Origin: a virus
Taxonomy: Duplodnaviria; Caudoviricetes
DNA length: 40,923 nt
Strand: one strand, 5' to 3'
IMG/VR virus record: IMGVR_UViG_3300037483_000436
Coordinates: 1-40,923 of that record
The notes below the pieces were generated by a model. It did no database searches. It saw nothing but the letters and a program-made list of their open reading frames with translations, and was not told the DNA's origin. A program made the position numbers and the translations under genes. Positions 7,622 through 14,906 of this stretch are shown piece by piece (the stretch's first letter is position 1; each line of letters begins with the position of its first letter).

Positions 7622-8709
7622 GCGCGATCATCGACGGTCATTCGGCGGAAGTCGGCGAGCAAGTTCCGGCCGGGCATGATCGCAGCAAATTTCTTGGTGG
7701 CTCCGACGTCGCCGCCATCTTCGGCGTGAGCCCTTGGAAAACTCCGGTTGATCTGTACCTCGACAAGATCACTCCGCGTAGCGAGCGGCCGGACCTCGAC
7801 CCGAAGCGCGAGGCATTTTTTAAGCGCCGCAAGCGCCAGGAGCCGGTCATCAAGGAGCGCCTGGAGGACGAGTTCGGCCTGGAGATCACGCGCCTCTCGC
7901 TCGACGAAGACCCGAACAGGTACCGGGACGCCGAGTATCCCTTCATGGCGGCCGAGATCGACTTCGAATTCAGCATGCGGCCGAACGTGCGCGAGCGCTT
8001 CCCGGGGCGGGACGACTTCGCGGCGATCCCGGATGGAACGCTGCTGAACGGAGAAATAAAAACCGTCCACCCTTTCAAGGCGGGCGAGTGGGGCGAGGAA
8101 GGGACCGAGGAGGTTCCGGTGCACTACGCCGCGCAGTTCATGCACGGCCTCGGCGTGACCAAGCGCCCAGGCGGACTGATCGCCGCGATGTTTGGCATCG
8201 ACGACCTGATCTGCTTTCCGATCATGGCCGATCAGGAAACGATTGCCACGATGCGAGCGAAGGCGGCGCACTTCTGGCTGCACAACGTCGCCAAACGAAT
8301 CCCGCCCGACCCGGTCAACGCTGACGATGTGAAGCGATTGTACGCAGGGTGCTCCGGGCGCCCGGTCTCGCTGGACAAAGTCGGATTCGATGCGCTGCTG
8401 GCGCTCGATGCCCTGCGCAAGCAAGCAAAGCAAGTCGAACTTGATCAGGGTGAATGTGAGTGGCGCATTGCGCGCGCCGCGGCGGCGTCATGGGGAGTTG
8501 AACTCGTCGCGACCGACAAAAACAAGCCTGAGCCTGGGTCGGTCGAGAACGCCCTGCTCATGTTCGAGGGGCGACAGGTCGGCTCGTGGAACCGCCGTCG
8601 CGGAGCGTTCCTGGATCAGCGCCGGCTGAAGGACGACAAACCAGAAATCATCGAGGCATACACCAAAGAGCACTATTACCGAGTCATTCAACTCAAGAAA
8701 GGCAAGTGA
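7618..8709 (+). CDS. YqaJ/lambda-exonuclease-family recombination nuclease
   Basis: RSKFLGGSDVAAIFGVSPWKTPVDLYLDK, AEID, EIKT and VPVHYAAQ..H.L.V motifs. Confidence 0.88.
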   Translation: MSAIIDGHSAEVGEQVPAGHDRSKFLGGSDVAAIFGVSPWKTPVDLYLDKITPRSERPDLDPKREAFFKRRKRQEPVIKERLEDEFGLEITRLSLDEDPNRYRDAEYPFMAAEIDFEFSMRPNVRERFPGRDDFAAIPDGTLLNGEIKTVHPFKAGEWGEEGTEEVPVHYAAQFMHGLGVTKRPGGLIAAMFGIDDLICFPIMADQETIATMRAKAAHFWLHNVAKRIPPDPVNADDVKRLYAGCSGRPVSLDKVGFDALLALDALRKQAKQVELDQGECEWRIARAAAASWGVELVATDKNKPEPGSVENALLMFEGRQVGSWNRRRGAFLDQRRLKDDKPEIIEAYTKEHYYRVIQLKKGK

Positions 8710-8714
8710 TCATC

Positions 8715-9848
8715 ATGGGAACCGAACAATTGAAGGCTGCCGTCAAAGGCCAGAATCCGATGCGCGCAGTCGATGCGCCGCTGGCATCGATGGTGCAATC
8801 CTCATCGAGTAACGCAGTCGCGAACACGGATCAGCAGCGCGCGGTCGCAGAGGTCCAGGCGGCGATGATGATCGCCCGGATGAACCCGCGCGAGGAAGCG
8901 CACGCGATGGACAAAATCCTGACCGCGTGCATGCGCCCGACGCTCGCCGATGCCGCGATCTACGAATACGCCCGCGGCGGAAGCAACATCACCGGGCCAA
9001 GCATCCGCCTCGCCGAAGCGATCGCCCAGAGTTGGGGGAACATGCAATTCGGTATCCGCGAACTTGAGCAGCGCCGAGGCGAAAGCACGGTCCAGGCGTA
9101 CGCGTGGGACGTGGAGAACAACACCCGGCGCGAGGTCACGTTTCAGGTGAGCCACATCCGGCACACCAAGAAGGGCGTGACGGTCCTGGACGACCCGAGG
9201 GACATCTACGAGATGGTGGCGAACCAGGGCGCGCGCCGGCTGCGCTCGTGCATTCTGGCTGTAGTCCCGGGTGACGTTACCCAGGCCGCTGTCGAGCAAT
9301 GTGAAGCGACGATGAAAACGAAGCTCGAAGTCACGCCTGAATTCATTCAGTCGGTCGTCGAGTCATTTCAGAAGTTCGGCGTCACGAAAGAGCAGCTGGA
9401 GGCTCGCATCCAGCGCCGCATCGATACGCTCACGCCGGCACTCGCGGTGCAGTTGAAGAAAATCAGCAACTCACTACGCGATGGGATGAGCGCGCCGGCT
9501 GACTGGTTCGGCGCCGACGAACAGACCGCCGCGGTATTCGCCCAGAACCGAGAGCAGAGTTCCGCGACCCAGCCGGGAAGTCAGGACAAAGCCGCCACCC
9601 CACCGCAAGGGGGCTCCGTTAAGGAAGCCGGCCATGCCGCGTCCGATGCACCGGCCGGGACCGCGGGACCTGTCGCTCAGGCGATCGATCTCCCCGAGGC
9701 GATCCGCGGCCTCGACGCTCACACAGACGTCGAGATCATGAGCCTGTGGGCCGACACACTGCCGAACGAAATACGCGCGAACGAGCGATTCACGACGGAG
9801 TTCCGGGCCGCGGTCGAACGGATCAAGAGGGCGATGGCGAAAAAATGA
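8715..9848 (+). CDS. Putative single-strand annealing protein (recombinase partner of YqaJ)
   Basis: QRAVAEVQAAM.IA..PR..GPSIRLAEAIAQ.WGN..QAYAWDVE.N family typically found beside YqaJ; function inferred from position. Confidence 0.6.
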   Translation: MGTEQLKAAVKGQNPMRAVDAPLASMVQSSSSNAVANTDQQRAVAEVQAAMMIARMNPREEAHAMDKILTACMRPTLADAAIYEYARGGSNITGPSIRLAEAIAQSWGNMQFGIRELEQRRGESTVQAYAWDVENNTRREVTFQVSHIRHTKKGVTVLDDPRDIYEMVANQGARRLRSCILAVVPGDVTQAAVEQCEATMKTKLEVTPEFIQSVVESFQKFGVTKEQLEARIQRRIDTLTPALAVQLKKISNSLRDGMSAPADWFGADEQTAAVFAQNREQSSATQPGSQDKAATPPQGGSVKEAGHAASDAPAGTAGPVAQAIDLPEAIRGLDAHTDVEIMSLWADTLPNEIRANERFTTEFRAAVERIKRAMAKK

Positions 9849-10333
9849 ACGCGCACAGCATCAATGGACCTACGGCTGCGGACGATTTTGGTACTCCGTG
9901 GCTGCCTGAAGAGAATGCAGCGGGGCAGGACAGCAAGTCGGCGCCGCCCGCCGGCGAAGAGCAGCCTCTTGCTCCCGCTGCACCTCAATCAGCGACGGGG
10001 CAGGCTTCTCGGTTTGAACAGTCCGAGCGCGGGCAGAAAGTCTCTGGGCCTGATCCCGTCGCACCCTCCGAGCCGTGCGCGTGCCGCTTTGACGTTCGAT
10101 CTGTGCCGGACTTTTCGGGCCAGCCGCCATTATTACTGGAGGAGTGTGGATTCCACGCCGCTCGCAATCAAAAACAGGCGGAGGCGATGGCCTTGGTGCT
10201 CTCGCAACTGACAACGGCACGCGCAGCGCTGCTCTGCACGTATGATGAAAAACAGTACGCCCATCTAATCAACGAATCGGATTGGGAGGCGGAAATCGAC
10301 GCTGCAAGGGCCGCGTTTAGGGGCGCGAAATAA
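9845..10333 (+). CDS. Hypothetical protein
   Basis: ATGA-coupled to the upstream gene. Confidence 0.55.
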   Translation: MNAHSINGPTAADDFGTPWLPEENAAGQDSKSAPPAGEEQPLAPAAPQSATGQASRFEQSERGQKVSGPDPVAPSEPCACRFDVRSVPDFSGQPPLLLEECGFHAARNQKQAEAMALVLSQLTTARAALLCTYDEKQYAHLINESDWEAEIDAARAAFRGAK

Positions 10334-10338
10334 ACAAC

Positions 10339-10415
10339 GAGCGGCGCGATCCGCCCCTGGCTACGGCATCAGGCAAGCGCACTCCGGCAGACAAGCGGCC
10401 GGCCGTCGCTCACCA
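10339..10415 (+). ncRNA. Candidate 77-nt tRNA-like RNA ending in ACCA (non-canonical)
   Basis: 8-bp closing stem GAGCGGCG/CGTCGCTC followed by ACCA; inner hairpins CCTGG-CTACGGCA-TCAGG and CCGGC-N9-GCCGG; intergenic. Confidence 0.45.
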
Positions 10416-10434
10416 GGAATCGGAGTGAAATGAA

Positions 10435-10632
10435 ATGTCACGGGCAGATTATCGAAGGCAGGCCGAGTATCAGATTAGAAAACTCTTCCGCTGCAATCGG
10501 TGTGGGGATGAAGTCGAGGCCGGGCCACAGGAAAACTATGCGGGCAGCCGATGTGGTTCTTGCCTCGGCGTATACGAACCAGCCGGCGAAATCTACCCGG
10601 CATCCTCCGACGTACTTGACAACACCAAATGA
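10435..10632 (+). CDS. Small Zn-ribbon protein
   Basis: GGAG RBS; CNRCG..CGSCLG. Confidence 0.65.
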   Translation: MSRADYRRQAEYQIRKLFRCNRCGDEVEAGPQENYAGSRCGSCLGVYEPAGEIYPASSDVLDNTK

Positions 10633-10640
10633 CACCGAAC

Positions 10641-10711
10641 GCAGCCCCGCCGTCCGTGCCCGACGCCGACTCCTCCTCCGGCGCGGGCTTTACCCGGGCG
10701 GACGGGGCTGC
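10641..10711 (+). other. Long hairpin with an anti-Shine-Dalgarno loop (CTCCTCCT)
   Basis: GCAGCCCCG/CGGGGCTGC outer stem, GCCCG and CGCCG inner stems, loop ACTCCTCCTC; also spans a 30-codon coupled ORF (10629-10721). Confidence 0.45.
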
Positions 10712-10717
10712 ACCTAA

Positions 10718-10918
10718 ATGAATCGCCTCGTCCTCTCAATCATGCGCCTCGTGTGTCGTCACTATGGCCATGACGAACGCCGGCCGCACGTCTCGGAGCG
10801 ATTGGTGCCGTCGTTCATGAGCGGCGCTCCACCCGGAGCAACTATCGCGCACCTGCGCATCTGCAAGCGCTGCGGGGCTCGGCGCTGGGTAGTTCAGAAA
10901 CCAAGGAAACCGAAATGA
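10718..10918 (+). CDS. Small protein with CxxxxH..CxxC
   Basis: LVCRHYGH..ICKRCG; stop overlaps the next ATG. Confidence 0.6.
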   Translation: MNRLVLSIMRLVCRHYGHDERRPHVSERLVPSFMSGAPPGATIAHLRICKRCGARRWVVQKPRKPK

Positions 10919-11280
10919 CCACGTTCGCCTACTCACTCGACGAGGAAATCTACTTCGGCGAGTACGACACGCCGCGGGAGGCACTTGACGAAGCGGCGAA
11001 CGCGGCGGAAGACGACGGGCATACGTGCGTGTGGATCGCCAATATCGTGCCGGCGAAAACGCTCGTCGTTCCGAATTGGCTCGGTGAGCAAATCCGCGCG
11101 TACCTTGACGAGCAGTTGGCAGACAATATCGGCGGTGACGATGCGATCGTCGATATGACCGACGAGCAGGAAACGGCGCTCGGGAAAATCATCATCGACT
11201 GGCTCGACGCCAACGGCTGTTTCACTCGTTGGGGTGTGGTCCATCCGGTGCGGCACGATATCGCGCAGGAACGGGAATGA
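10915..11280 (+). CDS. Acidic phage hypothetical protein
   Basis: AAGGA RBS; FAYSLDEE.Y.GEYDT.REAL pattern. Confidence 0.7.
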   Translation: MTTFAYSLDEEIYFGEYDTPREALDEAANAAEDDGHTCVWIANIVPAKTLVVPNWLGEQIRAYLDEQLADNIGGDDAIVDMTDEQETALGKIIIDWLDANGCFTRWGVVHPVRHDIAQERE

Positions 11281-11468
11281 CAACGAAGGACCAGAAGCAG
11301 CGATACGCACTGCGTCAGTGTTTCCTGCTCGCGACTCGCATGGCCAGACGCGAGCAAAAAATAGACAACTCGCGAAGCAGCGAATGGAATCATATTCTTA
11401 GGTTTTGCAAAGACGCCGATGAAGATGGAGATATTTGTGAAAGCAAAATACTCCGGGACGGGCAATGA
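11277..11468 (+). CDS. Hypothetical protein
   Basis: ATGA-coupled. Confidence 0.55.
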   Translation: MTTKDQKQRYALRQCFLLATRMARREQKIDNSRSSEWNHILRFCKDADEDGDICESKILRDGQ

Positions 11469-11745
11469 CACTCGAAATGAGCAGCGGTCCAAACGTCCAG
11501 AGACCAGCGTGAGGCTAGCCAGTATGGGGCCAGGCAACAGCGCCAAATTACGGGGCGTGACAGCCGGGAGAGACCGGCACGAACGCAGATGTCAGACGCT
11601 ACAGCGTAGCAAGCGTCCGGGCAGGTGTGAGGCCTGCACGAACACGAGCGGCGCGGAGAAGCCATGAGCGACAGGACCGCAAAGTCCGCAATTCCACTCC
11701 GGCGCCATACTCAGGATTGATCGGAAACACCGATAAATCCCTCGC
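11469..11745 (+). ncRNA. Candidate structured non-coding RNA tract (multiple hairpins with T-loop-like loops)
   Basis: Hairpins at 11557-11580, 11595-11617, 11621-11637, 11650-11706 (enclosing 11668-11689) and 11714-11740; no convincing ORF. Confidence 0.5.
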
Positions 11746-11785
11746 GATTGATCGAAAAATATCTCTTTACGGGTGGCCGCCATTG

Positions 11786-11798
11786 TGCAATCATTGCA
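11786..11798. promoter_or_regulatory. Palindromic operator candidate TGCAAT-C-ATTGCA in an AT-rich promoter-like region
   Basis: Perfect 6-1-6 inverted repeat about 50 nt upstream of the 11849-13225 gene run. Confidence 0.45.
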
Positions 11799-11848
11799 TT
11801 GTTATTAACCGAGCCAGCCGGTAGCTGGTGCAAACTGGGAGATCAGAA

Positions 11849-12079
11849 ATGGACCTGTTCACCGCGCAACAAATGCTCGACGGGGCCGACGATCTGGACG
11901 AGCTATTACAGAATTTGAAGATTGTCTTCGACGAGTGCGAGTACGCCAAATCCCTCGATATTTGCGACCTGCCGACGTTCGGCGGCGTCGCGCCGCGCGA
12001 CACCATGGGAATCTGGAGTTGGGACGAGAGCAGGCTGCTCGTCGGCGCGGGTGAATTCAAAATCGAGGAGCGCGCCTGA
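11849..12079 (+). CDS. Conserved phage hypothetical protein
   Basis: GGAG RBS; DLPTFGG..P.DT.GIWSWDE.RLLVG motif. Confidence 0.7.
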   Translation: MDLFTAQQMLDGADDLDELLQNLKIVFDECEYAKSLDICDLPTFGGVAPRDTMGIWSWDESRLLVGAGEFKIEERA

Positions 12080-12154
12080 CCATCCCATCCCGCCGTGACA
12101 GGGCGGGCGAGGATGACCGGCGCAGCGGCACTGCGCACTAGAGAGGAGAAAATC

Positions 12155-12349
12155 ATGACCCCGTTTGAATCACCACGCGACCCAAATTACCCCGATTGGG
12201 ATGCCGGGCGCGAAGATGCGTCCCGGACCAACCCACGCCGGTCCCCCGGCACCCGCACCGGGCGCGCCCTCGAGGCGTACCTCGCAGGGCAGGAGTTTGG
12301 GCTCGAGTGCCTGAGCTCCTACCTCGAGGAAATGGACGAGCAATCATGA
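12155..12349 (+). CDS. Hypothetical protein
   Basis: GAGGAG RBS; stop overlaps the next ATG. Confidence 0.65.
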   Translation: MTPFESPRDPNYPDWDAGREDASRTNPRRSPGTRTGRALEAYLAGQEFGLECLSSYLEEMDEQS

Positions 12350-12729
12350 CCTCGAAACACACGCCGGGACCGTGGGTTATCAAAGGTTATCGAATTTACG
12401 GGCCGATCGACCCCAGATCAAAGCACACGAACGGCCGCATGTTGATCGGCGGGTGCGTTGACAACGTGAACGACTGGTGCTGCACGCCATCAGAAACCCG
12501 GGACGACCGTGACAAATTCGCTGCTGAGACAACCGCCAATTTGGCACTGATTGCCCGCGCGCCCGCCCTTGCCGCCGAAAACGAGCATCTGCTAGCCGAG
12601 AACGAGCGGCTACGGGCAGCGCTAGAACAGATCCACGCCGGCGAATTGATGCGCGGCCGTGAGACGTGGACGCTCGCGGACGTGATCCAGGAGCACTACC
12701 GCATCGCCCGCGCCGCGCTCGCCTTGTGA
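12346..12729 (+). CDS. Phage hypothetical protein (KHTPGPW..AN..LIA.AP family)
   Basis: MTSKHTPGPW and ANLALIARAP motifs. Confidence 0.75.
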   Translation: MTSKHTPGPWVIKGYRIYGPIDPRSKHTNGRMLIGGCVDNVNDWCCTPSETRDDRDKFAAETTANLALIARAPALAAENEHLLAENERLRAALEQIHAGELMRGRETWTLADVIQEHYRIARAALAL

Positions 12730-12812
12730 TGTGCGACCGTGACGTGATCGCGCATGTCGGTGCAGGTACGGCCGCAGCCCCGGGCCGACCTTCGGGGCAG
12801 AGGAGAATGAAA

Positions 12813-13004
12813 ATGCGAATCTGGTTTAACGGGGCGCCGTTCGAGGCGACGACGCCTCACGCAGACATCGCGGCCGAGGCCGATGCCGGGCCGCGCCTCA
12901 TACTGTATCTCTGGAGCGAGGACGCTCCGGAGATTTTTATTGCTCCAGCCGGCACCATCTACGCCGGCTGGGTCATAGGGAAATCGACCGAGGAAAAATC
13001 GTGA
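12813..13004 (+). CDS. Hypothetical protein
   Basis: GAGGAG RBS after a hairpin; GTGA overlap with the next gene. Confidence 0.55.
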   Translation: MRIWFNGAPFEATTPHADIAAEADAGPRLILYLWSEDAPEIFIAPAGTIYAGWVIGKSTEEKS

Positions 13005-13225
13005 AAATGACAACCGATCAATTCCGCCGTTGGATGGCCCGGCGCGGCCACACCCTCGACACGCTCGCCGAGGCGCTGGCAATGTCCCGCCGCCAGATCG
13101 CCTACTACCGCTCCGGCGAGCAGGCGATCCCGCGCGTGGTGGAGCTCGCTCTCCGCGTACTCGCCACCACACGTAAACGCCAAAAGCGGCCGGACCCAGT
13201 TTCCCGGATCCGGCCGCTCGAATAA
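13001..13225 (+). CDS. XRE-family HTH protein
   Basis: MTTDQFRRWMARRGHTLDTLAEALAMSRRQIAYYRSGEQAIPRVVELAL. Confidence 0.8.
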   Translation: MKMTTDQFRRWMARRGHTLDTLAEALAMSRRQIAYYRSGEQAIPRVVELALRVLATTRKRQKRPDPVSRIRPLE

Positions 13226-13246
13226 TCGCCTGTCACCTGGCGCCGC

Positions 13247-13306
13247 ACCGCCGGCGAACGCCGCACCAGCAAGGAGGAGGGTCCGGCGGATTCGCCCGCC
13301 GGCGGT
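13247..13306. other. Long hairpin at the convergence of the early and late transcripts (possible terminator, RNase III site or sRNA)
   Basis: ACCGCCGGCG/CGCCGGCGGT 10-bp stem plus inner CGCCG/CGGCG; the loop contains AGGAGGAG (CTCCTCCT on minus). Confidence 0.4.
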
Positions 13307-13437
13307 TTGGCATGATCGCCGAGACCCAGGGTACGGCCGCAGCAACCGCGGGCCTGCTCGCCGATCGCCCGGCCCGGTGTGGTCCTGGTGCTCCCCGGAG
13401 CCACGCGGCCCAGGCGCCGTCCTGGGCGGTTTGAGGC

Positions 13438-13860
13438 CTACTGCGCCAGCGCCGCCCGGCCGCGGCGGCCGATCCGATAGCGGTACGGATAAACGCCGCG
13501 CTCGCGCTCGACCCAGCCACCGGCGACGTAGTCGGTGAGCACGCTGCGCAGCGCCCCGCAGCCCCGGAGCCGCAGCAGCGCGGCGATTTCCGACGCGGTG
13601 AGTGAGTGTCCGCCGCCGAGCAACGCGACGACGCGATCGCGCAGCCTCGGCATCGGCCCCGCCGCCCGGCCCCTGGTGAGACTGCGGCCGGCCTTCGCCC
13701 GGCTGCGCGGGCGCCGCTGCATCAACCCGTTGACGCGCACCAGGCGCGCGCTCTCGGCCGGCTCGGGATCGTCCGCGCAATAGTGCGCGCGGCCGGCGAC
13801 GGCGCGCAGCGGCGGCGACCAGCGGCTCGCGTCGGGATACCACACCGCGCCATTGCTCAC
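13438..13860 (-). CDS. Hypothetical protein with a C-terminal winged-helix-like domain
   Basis: LRDRVVALL..LTASEIAALL..LRSVL..YVAGGWVERE..YRYRIG.RG; follows the endolysin by 3 nt. Confidence 0.5.
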   Translation of the reverse strand: MSNGAVWYPDASRWSPPLRAVAGRAHYCADDPEPAESARLVRVNGLMQRRPRSRAKAGRSLTRGRAAGPMPRLRDRVVALLGGGHSLTASEIAALLRLRGCGALRSVLTDYVAGGWVERERGVYPYRYRIGRRGRAALAQ

Positions 13861-13863
13861 GGA

Positions 13864-14283
13864 TCAGCCCTCCCGCATCGCCTCTTCCAGCCGGAGCGCT
13901 CGCCCGCCTACCTGCCGGTGCCACAGGCTATCCTCCATCTCGGCCGCCGCCGTAGCCCAGTCCTCCAGCCTGATCGCCTCCAAGAACTTGTGGAATGCGC
14001 CCAGGCGCGGCCCGAGGTTGAACGCCATGTTGACCACCACAGCCTTGCGGGCTTCCGACAGATCCTCGAAGTTCACGACTAGGACGTGCGCTAGGTTGTC
14101 GGCCCGGACAAGATCGTTGGCGAACATCAGCGCGATCTCCCCGTCCGTGAACTCGACCGCCTCGAGGTTGCGCCCGATCCCGACGGTCCAGATCCCAACG
14201 CTATCCCTGTAGGCCCTGCGCGGCCGCCCCTCGTCGATCGGGAGTTGGGTGCGGCAGATGTCCAGGTAGGCCGCGGCAGCCAT
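13864..14283 (-). CDS. Endolysin, T4-lysozyme-like (GH24)
   Basis: E-x8-D-x5-T triad (DEGRPRRAYRDSVGIWT), GIGRNL, NMAFNLG, DSLW..QVG.RA.RL; ATG at 14283. Confidence 0.9.
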   Translation of the reverse strand: MAAAAYLDICRTQLPIDEGRPRRAYRDSVGIWTVGIGRNLEAVEFTDGEIALMFANDLVRADNLAHVLVVNFEDLSEARKAVVVNMAFNLGPRLGAFHKFLEAIRLEDWATAAAEMEDSLWHRQVGGRALRLEEAMREG

Positions 14284-14288
14284 GACCG

Positions 14289-14495
14289 CTAGCTCTTGGC
14301 CTCGATCAGCGCGTCGAGGCGCGCGATCGCGGCGTCCTTGCCCTTCAGCGCCGCCGCCACGTCCGCCTCCGTGACTTCCTTGCCGCCGTCCAGCGCCCCC
14401 TGCACAAGAGGTGCGAGCGCGGTGATGATCGAGGTCGCGTCGGTGATTGCGGTGATCGCCTTGATCAACCCTGTACTTGCGAGTACTGCGCTCAT
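14289..14495 (-). CDS. Small amphipathic protein of the lysis cassette
   Basis: AAGGAG RBS; 68 aa helical. Confidence 0.65.
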   Translation of the reverse strand: MSAVLASTGLIKAITAITDATSIITALAPLVQGALDGGKEVTEADVAAALKGKDAAIARLDALIEAKS

Positions 14496-14531
14496 GATGG
14501 TGCTCCTTGAAAAATCCTGCGTGAATGGTGA

Positions 14532-14906
14532 CTACTGTTTCGCCTGCAGCGCGCCCTCGATCTCGGTGAGAATTCCGAGGAACAGCGACACGTCTCCCGC
14601 GATGTTGGTCGCGCACGGATCGGGGCTGGACTGCTGCGTGCTGGCCGTGCGCTTTCTGCAATCGAGCAGCGTTTTATTCGCCGCGTCCAACGCGCCGCTG
14701 GTGGTGCCGATCAACGCGCGATAGCTCTTCGCCTGCGTGACGGTGATCTTGTCGCGCTGAAGCAGCGCCGCGGTGAGGTTGGTTGCCGCGGTGAGCTTGT
14801 CGGCGCCGCTCTTGATCTGCGCCTCTGGCGTGGTGCCGAACAGAGCGCAAGCAGCCAGCACGACCGCGAGCGCGAGGATTGCTACTGCGTTTCGAATGTG
14901 TTTCAT
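14532..14906 (-). CDS. Lipoprotein, candidate spanin component
   Basis: Signal peptide with lipobox LAAC; lies in the lysis cassette. Confidence 0.6.
   Translation of the reverse strand: MKHIRNAVAILALAVVLAACALFGTTPEAQIKSGADKLTAATNLTAALLQRDKITVTQAKSYRALIGTTSGALDAANKTLLDCRKRTASTQQSSPDPCATNIAGDVSLFLGILTEIEGALQAKQ

Noticed and set aside
10339-10415. Canonical tRNA-Arg(ACG) gene
   Set aside because: No D arm, no TTCGA T loop and an 8-nt anticodon loop; kept only as a tRNA-like candidate
11419-11824. ORFs 11419-11667 and 11627-11824 as real genes
   Set aside because: They overlap other genes or each other, lack an RBS and have unnatural composition; the region is better explained as structured RNA plus a promoter
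13226-13437. attP site or integrase remnant at the convergence point
   Set aside because: No recombinase fragment or tRNA-end-like core recognised
13864-14661. 265-aa endolysin with a long N-terminal extension, as in the ORF track
   Set aside because: The extension overlaps two better genes (14289-14495 and 14532-14906); the lysozyme domain starts at ATG 14283
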